64,000 nucleotides of DNA from NCBI GenBank assembly GCA_002633005.1, contig NMRA01000894.1, positions 36,522 to 100,521 on the forward strand. Direction: 5' to 3'. Position numbers and translations under genes: made by a program. Below the pieces are notes generated by a model. The model made no database searches, was not told the DNA's origin, and saw only the letters and a list, made by a program, of their open reading frames with translations. This DNA is from Phoronis australis. Taxonomy: Eukaryota > Animalia > Phoronida. Positions within the stretch are counted from its first letter, which is position 1, and each line of letters opens with the position of its first letter. Of this stretch, positions 24,163-35,780 are shown in pieces.

Positions 24163-25434
24163 AATAGTCCAAAAGCCTATTTGTCCAAAAGCCAATAGTC
24201 CAAAAGCCCATTTGTCCAAAAATTTACCCAAAATTGATTGGTTATTCCTTGCGCATCGATCGCGCGTGTGTGACAAAAGATCCAAAATTATTGCACCACG
24301 TGCGATTTTACTTGTGCCATTGTTCATTTTCACTTAATTTGCACGCGTTTTTCTATCCTTCATCCACTATGAACAAAATGATTTAAAATAAGTGGGGCAC
24401 GTGACTCTGTATCGCTACTTAATTTGTAAGCTTTTAGAGACAGTATCCTCTCACTTCGTCGGTATGTGCATTTATTTGGCATTCTAAGTTGAAAAACTTA
24501 TAATCGTTATTTACTTATGTCAAATTGTCAGGGTATACAGAATACGGATTTGAATACCTTGCTACAACAGCGGTGTGTTGCATACCGGGAAGATTCGTGG
24601 CTCGGACAATTGGCATTTAACACCGTAGAACTTTTAATAGCTAGCTATGCGAGTGTTTAGTGAATGCCTCAGGTGTGACATTTTAGCATTCAAAAACATG
24701 AAGTTAAAGACACCTACGTGCTAATAAAATCCAGGAATTATGCACCTTTATTCAAAATAATGGAGTCTTAACAAATTATATGCAGCTCTTTGTAATGTCC
24801 AAAAGTAAGGCCTTCGAAATATTGGGTAAATTTTCGATCAACAGGTCTTTGGATAGATGAGGTTCCGGACTATTTGGCTAACGAACTTTTGAGGCATCGG
24901 ACAGATGGGTAATTTTTCTGGCTAATTGTTCGTCAGAAAATTGGACTGTGGAACCAAAAAATTTTGTGACTAATGGGTCATAGCCGTGACAAATGGATTG
25001 TCGAAAAATTGGAATGTAACCACTAAGTCAAGATAGCTTTGACACACGAATTTCATAAGTAATAAAATAGTGAATCCTTTGAGTAAAATACAAAAAAAAA
25101 CGCTAGCTATTTAAATAACTAAACCAAGATATCACCAACAGTTAGAATCGTTTTGTACGTATTGTTTCGGAAATAGTTGAAAACTGTTGTAGAAATTGGA
25201 CCGTAAGAAACTCGTGAAGAAGTGAACAATAAATACCGAGTTTTTGTGAAGGCACGATCGCATCCCTTAAATTACAGTTGATTTATATTAAATGTACACT
25301 CGTGTGAGTTCTGTCACTTACTGAAATGGTGCTTTTTCCCTTTGTTAAGCAGGGTTCGGGAAGTCGTAAGACCTAAAACAAACCTTCATATACACGAACC
25401 GCATCTATGCAACTTCAATAAAGGAATTTGACCG

Positions 25435-25700
25435 CATACCAGTCTGGCTAATGTAGGACCTTGTCGACATACCAGTCTGGCTAATGTAGGACCTTGTCGA
25501 CATACCAGTCTGGCTAATGTAGGACCTTGTCGACATACCAGTCTGGCTAATGTAGGACCTTGTCGACATACCAGTCTGGCTAATGTAGGACCTTGTCGAC
25601 ATACCAGTCTGGCTAAAGTAGGACCTTGTCGACATACCAGTCTGGCTAATGTAGGACCTTGTCGACATACCAGTCTGGCTAATGTAGGACCTTGTCGACA
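25435..25700. repeat. 33-bp minisatellite x8, nearly perfect
   Basis: CATACCAGTCTGGCTAATGTAGGACCTTGTCGA x8 with one visible substitution. Confidence 0.97.
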
Positions 25701-27405
25701 AGTCTGTGCATATACAATTTCCCATGCCAGAAAAAACTTTTTTAAAGAGACCCTCCAGAAACCTGAAAAGGAGCCCCTCGCAAGCTACAGTGTATATCCA
25801 GGGAACACGTCCAAAAAAAACGCTTGTGTGCGTGTGTGTGCGCGCGCGCGCTTGCGTGTGTACACACAGGCACACGTATATACATATGCATAAATCTATA
25901 TTCCACATTAGGGGGACTGCATTTTTATTTTCTTGATTAAGGGGACCATTTTTATATTTCTCATTATTGGAGATTTTTGAACAAAAATCTGCATATAGGC
26001 TGAGTGAGGCTATGAATGAGGTCCAGAGTAGATATGAAGATGTTTTTTTGAAAAAAAAATATTAATTTTGAAATAGATAATTTTGGGGTCCACCTAATCA
26101 TGTTTTTATAATACGAACTTGATGTTAAGGTGCCCGAAATAATGTATATACACATCATCTTAGAGACCATCACTAATTTCCACTTTTCTTGCACATATTT
26201 ATAAAAGCAAAGACGTTATTCAGTGTTTTAATGTTGCAAAGTTCTTTTAAATTCTAACATATTCATGTTTCAATTTCATAATACCAGTACAACATTAGGG
26301 AGACCAAGGTGTATATATATTGTATATACATAAACCATAAGGTTATCAATATTGGTTTAACACATTACCTTAGTACATGTAAAAAAGCAAATTAAGTCAA
26401 ACGAGGGCTTTACTTATTTTCTTAACAAACAAAAGTATAAATGGGAAACATTAAGATGGCCGTCACCAATTCAGAACACAGTAAACACCTCCAAAAGGTA
26501 CCCTCAATAGTCCTAAGGTTCACACAGTAAACTCCTCCAAAAGGTTCACTCAATAGTCCTAAGGTTCACAAGTCGGACATATGCAGGCATTTTTAAAAGT
26601 CTACTCGGTAAGTTCCAATGGTCACAAATATAAACATGTGCGAGGGATCACAAATCCGAAAGTTCACAAGTTCCACAAAAATTAAGGGTTTCATTATTCA
26701 TATGACGAAATTTGCCCAACTAAACTGTTAAAATTAGACTACTGAATGTGTACAGCCTCCGCTATATTTTTAAAAGTCCATTGCAATGATGAAATATTCG
26801 AAACTGATGCTATTACACAATGAAATTGCACCATAATCATAATCATACATGGACGACTGCAGTTTATGCTATAAAGGCAGTTCAATATGTGTCTGAAATG
26901 TATTTCTATTTTTGCTGAGGTGTGTTAGTGTCACTGATAATTTAAACATTTCACCTTGTCTACCACCTCCCAATCAATGCTAAAATGGCTAAGAGTTCAA
27001 ACAATTATATTTAAGCACATACCAACAACTACAACAACAGTAACACAAGATTTTTCATAAAAATGTCTCGCCTATCACCAAGGTCGCTGACAACTGTTTC
27101 ATAGCTCTTCAAAATGAGCCTCACTTCCTACCATCCACATTTATAACAGCAATCACGTTTCAGCAAGACACAAGCACAAACGCATGATAGCTACAGATGC
27201 AAAACTTGAATACAGAGAAAAATATGGCGAAAATCACATGGTACAATGATATTTAGTTAAGGACAAAGGGGCAACCATAGCCGCTAGGAACATAATGTAA
27301 ACCTAGAATTAGACAGCACATTAGATAGAATTCTGTTACACATTACATAATGTTCTCTATAACAATCACCTTCCTCTAAACTCGGCTAACTATCTGGGTC
27401 TGCGA

Positions 27406-27678
27406 AACAATATACAGTAGCTGAGAGAGGAGTCATATTACTCAAACAATATATAGTAGCTGAGAGAGGAGTCATATTACTCAAACAATATATAGTAGCT
27501 GAGAGAGGAGTCATATTACTCAAACAATATATAGTAGCTGAGAGAGGAGTCATATTGCTCAAACAATATATAGTAGCTGAGAGAGGAGTCATATTACTCA
27601 AACAATATATAGGAGCTGAGAGAGGAGTCATATTACTCAAACAATATATAGGAGCTGGGAGAGGAGTCATATTACTCA
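27406..27678. repeat. 39-bp minisatellite x7
   Basis: AAACAATATATAGTAGCTGAGAGAGGAGTCATATTACTC x7. Confidence 0.97.
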
Positions 27679-28219
27679 TACCTCCAGAAGAAACACATGT
27701 TTAATATCCATCTTATTATGAATAGTGTATTCCAAGTGCATGTGTAAAGTCTAGTTCCACATTAGGAAAATATAAATAGACATACGTACACATTAGCTAC
27801 ACCATTCTAATGAACCAGTGCACTGTGCACAGTGCACACTGCACTAATATATCTTAGAAGTCCATTGAATCTGAACATGTTGGGTACATTCACATGGTGA
27901 AACACACACCATTTGACTACTCAATGATCCAGAAATTTTAAATGTGTGAATATAATACACTCAGGTGAATCTAATCTATGCCAAAAAACAAACCATTGAA
28001 TCCATGGAAAATCCCCCATATGCATGTAATGTAATGATTTATTGTCTAATTTCTGGTTATTCTCTTTATTATCAGTAAAAAAACCAAGTGATTTTCACCC
28101 ACTTATCAACATGCATGCTTTTCTGAAAACCAACAAAGCGTTGAAATTCAAATCATAAAATGCAAACACGACAATGAATACCAGGTAATTGCAGAATCCA
28201 TATTTGAAGTCACACTTAA

Positions 28220-29782
28220 AGGCAAAGGCAACATTTTCATGTCATGTTAGCAAAAACAAAATTTGTTGATTATACTACACATAATTTTCACTTAATTACA
28301 GCTGTTCATAATTTAACTAATTGCTTGTCCTCCACTCGGGAAGTAACGTTTTGAGAGACAAGAATTTGGCGCCAATTTCTTTTCATATAGTCTGACTGTG
28401 ACAGCTGTCGAATCGATCAATGTTCTACCTCGGTTGTGATAAGTTTGGTTGTCGTTTTCTTTTGTTTACGAGTCAGTCAACTTGCAAAAATGTTGCTGCG
28501 CACCGGGATGTACTCATTATCGTCTCACACGCGCTTTGAGAGTACCTTTGTATCGCTTTCCCAAGGATGTCACGCTTTGCTGTACTTGGCTCGTTTGTGT
28601 GAACAACGCAGCATTACCCATTCACGTAACGTACAAAGCAGTGGAGGGTTACCGAGAGCGTGGCAAGCATTTTCTGCCATCAGGTTACGAGACAGATATG
28701 TACACTGAATTGAAGAAAGTCCCTGCGAAACAACGCCCGAAGAAGGGTGACATACCATCGCTGTTGATTCCTGGCAGTTCCCCGTCTTCACCCCCGAGAA
28801 GTGCGTTTTTGAAGCGAGAAGCCTCGCGAACAGTGGTCACTACAGTGACTAGAGGCACTACTGTCACCCGTGCCTCAGAACGTACCCCAGAGCGTGCAAT
28901 TCTGGGAACTAGCAGTGATTCACCCTATGCCGTTGTCTCTAGCCCAGAGCCTGTAAGCAGCCCTGTAGCGATGTTGAGCGGTGGGAGTGAAAAAAGGCCC
29001 AGTTTGACACCCAATGAAAAGGACAGTTCGTCGTCCAATGAACATATCAGTGGGCCAAACATTGATAAGTTTACTGTGGACTTGTCTAAAGTATCGGAGC
29101 TATTTAGAAGGTGCCAGGTGTGTGGCAATGGAGTAACATGGTGGGATGTAAGCAGTTTGGGTGCTCAGGTCACCATCCAGTGGGAGCCTGTCGCGGGACA
29201 CTCGGGCAAGTGGCATAGTTGTTCCTCTGTACATGGGATTCCTGAGGTCCACTTAACCATGTACAGTGGTGTGCTCTTCACTGGAAATACCTTTCAGTCG
29301 GTGAAGACAATGATGGACTTTGGAAAAATTAATTTTTTTTCGAAAACAACATTTAACTACATTCAAAATTCTTATTTAATTCCAGTTATCAATGACTCGT
29401 ACATCTCACAACATCCAGACGACTTGTTCGCGGAATATATGGAGAAGGGTGACTTGTCACTGCTGGGTGATGGCAGGTCTGACTCACCAGGGTGGTCAGC
29501 CAAATGCACCACACAAACTAATGGAGGAGGAATCTAAGAATACATGTAGAATACTTGTCGATGAGAAGTGGTGACGACAATTTTAGAAAAACACCACGAA
29601 AACAACAGTAGTACAGAACCAAATTGGCGCAAAGTTCTTGCCTCTGAATTGTCACTTCCGGAGTAGAGGACGAGTAGTTAATCAAATTATGAAAAGCTGT
29701 AATTAAGTGAAAGATATGTCTGGGATAATCAACGAACCTTATTTTTTTGCTAAAAATGACATAAAACAGGTTGCTTTTGCCT
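28220..29782 (+). mobile_element. Internally deleted Kolobok-type DNA transposon
   Basis: TTAA TSDs (28216-28219, 29783-29786), AGG..CCT termini, ~160-bp imperfect TIRs, and an enclosed THAP-transposase ORF. Confidence 0.85.
28449..29537 (+). pseudogene. Truncated THAP-domain DDE transposase
   Basis: THAP: CCAPGC..LYRFPKD..W..(C>R)GKHF..GDIPSL. Then CQVCG and 'LLGDGRSDSPGWSAK' (first catalytic Asp region), followed by a frameshift and truncation. There is no in-frame ATG ahead of the THAP domain (the ATG at 28490 is off by one). Confidence 0.8.
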
Positions 29783-30660
29783 TTAAAGCCTATCCTGAAC
29801 AGTAACACCTGTAAATTTGGATTCTACAGTATATTAAGAGCATCACTCTGAGCCCACTAGTTCCATAAATTGTCAAATGTAACTGCTAGGCGTATTGGTT
29901 TGCTTTTGTCTACATCACAGCGAGAATCACCTTTTAATTCAAACAGCTGCAAATAACACCTGCATGTAATGGTGTTCTATTCCGACCCCTATTCAATACA
30001 AATGTTATTGGCCTTTTGTTTTTGTGCAGAGATCTCACGGTAACACAATAGGGCGGGTTCAGCTATCATGTTACGGGCCAGCATGGGCTGATTAAACTCT
30101 CATTTTCTTACTTTGGTAAGGCTTTGCTAGGACTACCAGGTTAGCCCAATACATCTAAAATGACAAAGTTCTGTTGAAGTTAGGCTTTAACAAGTTGTGT
30201 AGCTTATTACATCATGACTTACGTTTCCATGACTACATACAAGTAAATTTAAAACAACTTTTGCAAACTTGCACTCGGGTTTCTCTTGCCCTTTTTCTTT
30301 CGTCGGAAACATTCGTCTTCATTCTCTTATATTGTTTTCTCACATTAAGGTTCTGGATCGACTTAAACTTGTGGATTTCAATGGATCTCATGCTGTCATG
30401 TTTGCCTGCAAAATAAATTAGGCTAAAATACTTCATACAAACGGCGATAATTGATCTGAAAAATGTTGTTAAACGTGCATTTCATTCTGCTTACTAGCCT
30501 AACAAAATACAATGTATCAAACTTGCAACCTCAAGAAATCATTTACTGCAGTTTCTGCCTCATAAAATCTTATAGCCCACAATGTTTACTATCTTTCAAA
30601 TAGGCCTAGTGTACAAAACATTTGCGTGCTCACTGTAACCTGTATTTGAATGCCATTCAG

Positions 30661-30865
30661 TTATAAAGGCGTGTTATTCAGTGAATGCACAATAGATATT
30701 CAATGTTTGCCATTATAAAGGCGTGTTATTCAGTGAATGCACACTAGATATTCAATGTTTGCCATTATAAAGGCGTGTTATTCAGTGAATGCACACTAGA
30801 TATTCAATGTTTGCCATTATAAAGGCGTGTTATTCAGTGAATGCACACTAGATATTCAATGTTTG
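30661..30865. repeat. 52-bp tandem repeat x4
   Basis: TTATAAAGGCGTGTTATTCAGTGAATGCACACTAGATATTCAATGTTTGCCA x4. Confidence 0.95.
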
Positions 30866-33532
30866 TGCTCACTGGGCAAGCCTCCTTTTTTCGATGCATC
30901 AGAACTACTGCAATGCTCGTGGCTGATTGCACACAAGTAAATCTTGGTTTACCATGCAAAATCATCTGAGCAAATATAATGTCTTTAGCTTATTATGATT
31001 TCACCAAATCTTGATACTTAAGTAATTATCACAAGTTCTTAAGTTTTATGGGCACTTTTTGTCTTTACAAGAAGGAAATCACAACATTTAGTATTGTTTT
31101 CTTCAGAAAATATGCTAGTTATTGTGCAAGCATACACAATATACAGGTTATGATCTACCCTAAAGTTCATAAGAAGTCTTCCAAAATAAAAGCAATTTAA
31201 AGATTCGAAGCATTAATGGGATAAACACGTAACGTTCCTTGACTGGTTGTAATTGAAATGTCCCACTTGACATTATTCCGCCCAAGCGTGGAACATCTCG
31301 TGGGATATTATTTCACATACACCACGGTCTGTATGTTTGGTGTATATAATATGGGCAAACTATATTGTATAGTAATGCTTTATGTATAGTAATGCTTTAT
31401 GTATAGTAATGCAGACACAAAAATGGCAAAAAAAAGAAAAATAATAGTGTTGAATGCACATCATTGTTTTTAAATTGTTTGTTAATCAACGTATAACTAA
31501 ATCAGTCATGATGGGCTAATAAGGAAGATAAAATGCTAAAACACATTGCACTGACATGCAACAAAAGACAGTGACAAAGTGGAATGAAAGCAATGGTAAT
31601 GATGTCAATGGTTCCTTAGTCTATGGCTCTGCAAAGAAAACAAGCAAAATTACCTTTTGGCAGTTTTGTCAAACTTTTGTCAGCATTCGATGAGACATGC
31701 TCATTAGGTAAAACAGTCAACATACAGCATTTTCTGTACGATGTTATATGTATATAGAGAGAGGTTGAGAAATATTTTTGCCGCCAAATCGGACCTTCCT
31801 CTTTTCTAATGGAATTTTAAGAAACTTCAACAGTTTTCAATAGCCTAAAACTATAAAGGCATATGCATTGAAGATTAAATTTCTTTCCTCCACTGTGACC
31901 ATTCACCTCTAACTTCATTGCGCGCCGTAATCAAATGATCAATCAGCAAATTTTAAAATTTTGTAGTCATTTCAAACCTCGTTCCCAGCCAACACACTTT
32001 TCAGCCAATATTATCAATCTTATCTTGAAAGACAGAATGTTTGAACATTTTCACAGCGTCCTGCTTTCACTGCACTAAAACTAAGAAAGTCAAGTTTGAC
32101 CTCATTTAGTCACCAACATTAAATACTGCACATTATTAACGCACGAACTATGAAACTTGATAGTTACGAAATCTCTGTTCAATGGAAATAGACATCATGT
32201 ACTGCAAGACTGTCATCATGTCATGCGTGAAGTTATCTTACACAAAGGCATGAAATTCCGAGCTGTCTCAACAAATTGTTGTGTTTTGGGGAATTATCAA
32301 TACATAAATTTGTAATCTGTTGAAAAAATACCGATTTCATCTGTCCTTGTTCACATATGAAAGCTTACAAAGGCTTTCTTCACCTAAAATCAAGATGGAT
32401 CGAGTTACCCTGAAGGACCGAGGTGACAAATGCCTAATCTTGAGACAATGTGTGATTTTAGTTCTAGCATAACTGAGAAATTCAGCCAATGAGCAAGTGT
32501 ACTTAGTGTCGATATCCTTAGTTCGAAGTGTGCAATGATTTAAGATGCTTTTTGAAAATAATGAACGGGAGATGCAACGGAGACGATTGCCGGTGTTGGA
32601 GTTTGAGACAATAACCTAAGTATTTCAGTTTATTCAAAAATAAGGAAAACACCAAAACCGTTTGAAAAGCTATGTAAACTAGATGTAGTAATATACAAGA
32701 AAACTTCATACAGAAATAGATGGACTTCATATCCAATGAGGGTGGTCGACACAGTGCATGGAGCAACACCTGTCCAACTTTTGTTGAGACTAAGCCAGAA
32801 CTGAAGTGGGTTTTACTAGAAAGAAATGGACATTTGGCCGAGGTATTGAGCATCGAAACTGCATTGACTTTTGACATAATGCATTTTAATTTTTCAAAGT
32901 TTGTAAACGTGCCGGTGTACCTGAGTTAAGGAAGCTATGCACCCCTAATAAAATGTCGCCTTCATCTTGAAATGTCTAACTAGCAACTTTCAAGACATAT
33001 CTCTCCCTCTCTCTCTATAGATATATTCTAGAAGTCATGGCAAATCTAGTCATACTATTCTGAACACTTGTGTCATTCTTGTGGTCACGAGACAATCTGT
33101 TTTTTTAGAAAAATGATGTTTTTAAATTTGTAATTGAAAGGGAAAGAGCTCCTTGACCATCATTCAAAACTTTTTGTATTAAAAATTCGATAACAATGCT
33201 CACCTGGGATTTTAAGTTCATGATATTTTTAATCCCAAAAATAGGCTTTCCAAACAATAATGGAACACTTGATTCTAAACTAAACATAAAACATTATGTA
33301 AGCTTCAATACAAAAATTGAGACATGTCACAGAGATATTGTGCCATTGAGAAATTAAAACGATTAAAATCATTGTACTTTTTCTAGTAAAATTTTTACCA
33401 AAACCAAATGGCAACATTGCTACAAGAATCATAGTTTTGTGAATGGCATAGATTGCCTTGATTTCTAGCTTCAGACAATATATTCCATGATGGATTGATG
33501 GTACATGTATCTAGTAAATATTTTAAGATGAA

Positions 33533-33816
33533 GTAGACATTTAGTTACACATAACCTATACTAATGTAGACATTTAGTTACACATAACCTATACTAACGT
33601 AGACATTTAGTTACACATAACCTATACTAACGTAGACATTTAGTTACACATAACCTATACTAACGTGGACATTTAGTTACAAATGTAGACATTTAGTTAC
33701 ACATAACCTATACTAATGTAGACATTTAGTTACACATAACCTATACTAACGTAGACATCTATTTACACAAAACCTCTACAAACGTAGACATTTAGTTACA
33801 CATAACCTATACTAAT
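33533..33816. repeat. 33-bp minisatellite x~8.5
   Basis: GTAGACATTTAGTTACACATAACCTATACTAAY units. Confidence 0.95.
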
Positions 33817-35480
33817 CCAAACGTGTCTTGAAGATCCCAAATAATGTCATTTTGTCTTACCTGTGTTCTCTCTGGAATGTGATGAAATAACAACTTTAGT
33901 TTCAGTATAAAGAGGTTCATGCGGAAACCTGTAATACAAAAGATTTGGTCTGAATAGCCAAAATGTCCAACTGTGGACCAAAGAAGAACACACCATTAAT
34001 TCATCAATCTCAAAAACGCTGTAAACAGTTAGGGTTTTCCTTTTAAAAACATAATTTTGCGTACTATAAGGCAGACGAATGCAACTGCCATTTTTCACAA
34101 AAATACTTTATGTTTTGCAAGTTAATATGGCATGACAGAAACAAAACCAAACAATTGAAAATTCCTAACAGCATTTTTTGTGGTAAATTGTGAAGTTTTC
34201 ATTTAAAAATGTGTTCCATTACAATCGACCAAAGGGTTATTTTGGTATGAACGTACCTTTCTTAAACATAAAATTTTGAACAAAAAACCCGGTAACACAA
34301 TAATAATCAATCTAAAACGTATTTGTTACTCTCTGATCATTTTCAGGAAAATATATACTTTTGCTAGGAGACATAGCCTGGTTGTATGACGTGTGATAGA
34401 GAATGAAGATCACTAAATAAGAGCATAAAAATTTTGAGACATCCTGTTGAGAAAACAGATCAAGTTTGAGTCTAATACTGGAATAAAAACTTACAAAAAA
34501 TTAGCGACGTTGCGTTCGCATCTCATGGACCTCAGCTTGGCCTGTGACGTTATCGTTATTCTGGCCAATTTGTGGCGTTTTGATCAGACGGCGCGGCATT
34601 GATGTCAAAACACCATCCCATACGTGTGACAAAAAAAACTGGAAATCAAGTAAAAAGAAATCGAAACCAAAAAAGCTGAAATCTTCTTAAAAAAGGATAA
34701 TTCCAAGCCCTGTTCTGAGTTCATTCTAGGCGCTATTTGTCATGTGATACCAGCTGATTTTTGGAAAACCAGCAATAAAATAGTTTAACTGAATAGGGGT
34801 ACTGAGAATAAATGAATCTGACTGTTTATCAACAGTCAGATTTAAAACATTGATGAGCAGTATGTCATAGAGGTTATATCTCATTTATTTACTAAGCTTA
34901 CGTAGAAACTTATACAAATATGAGAACATCATATCTCAGATTGGATTCAAATGAAACTTTCAACACATGCGTTTGCTCCTCCCGCCAGAATGTTTATTAC
35001 CTGTGTGACTTGTTATTACCTGTGTGACTGTTTATTACCTGTGTGACTGGCCCAAGGTAAATATAAAAACTAGGGTGTCTTGATCATTCTATAAAATTAA
35101 GAACTGTGAATTACGTGGATATACTACAGACTAATGTCTCATAAGTTCTGACAACATTTGCTTAGAAGTGGGAGTCAACACGAGCAACAAACATGTTTGT
35201 ACACTGCCAAACATTCAGACATTAGAAGCATACAAACAAAAAGTAATTTTAAAGAAAATCAACATGAATTTTATCAAGCTTTGTCAAGTTTTTGGCAAAA
35301 GCCCTACTCAAAATCGTAACAAATTTTACAAAAGCACTGCACTGTCTTCAAACATGCTGTTTTTCAAAAAAAGATATTTATCAACTTTTTTGTAAAGCAC
35401 AATGGCAAGACTACTTGGCACATATGGCCCTTTTACAACTTTAAACCTCCTATGACCAAACGGTGAATGTCCCCTTCATT

Positions 35481-35780
35481 TCATGTATCCCTCTGTGCCT
35501 TTAGTAACTTAAGTCTCTCTGCAGGGGGCGTTCTGAAGTAGGCCTTCTGTTCCTCTGAGTATCTATTACCATCTTCCACACAAACAATATCTCTGAAGCT
35601 CCAATCCCTCCAGTGAAAGTTGAAGTTATCCAACAGTTTGATTTTCAGTTCATCTGTCTCTAGGCAATCCTTCGGCGGTTTTCTGGCCAGATGAGGACAC
35701 AGCACACCGTTAAAAATGATGACGCCTCTCAGGGCAAACCAGCCTCCATACATAGGATGAATGCTGACTCCGTGAATTTT
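35481..35780 (-). CDS. MMACHC: MMACHC exon 4 (last)
   Basis: ttttag|KIHGVSIHPMYGGWFALRG.., stop TGA. Confidence 0.95.
   Translation of the reverse strand, partial: KIHGVSIHPMYGGWFALRGVIIFNGVLCPHLARKPPKDCLETDELKIKLLDNFNFHWRDWSFRDIVCVEDGNRYSEEQKAYFRTPPAERLKLLKAQRDT

Larger units (their letters stand above)
22166..25021. mobile_element. Old TIR element with ~15-bp subterminal repeats hosting nested insertions
   Basis: Imperfect TIRs GTGACATCCCAATT / reverse-complement GTTACATTCCAATT. AGTCCAAAAGCCAAT-type units at ~22189, ~23592 and ~24165, with reverse-oriented degenerate units at ~24850-25010. Confidence 0.5.

Noticed and set aside
25435-25700. CRISPR-like 33-bp repeats (also 27406-27678 and 33533-33816)
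   Set aside because: Head-to-tail units with no unique spacers, eukaryotic context, and no cas genes.
26788-26810. C/D box snoRNA (ATGATGA..CTGA)
   Set aside because: Boxes are too close together, there is no terminal stem, and the site is intergenic.
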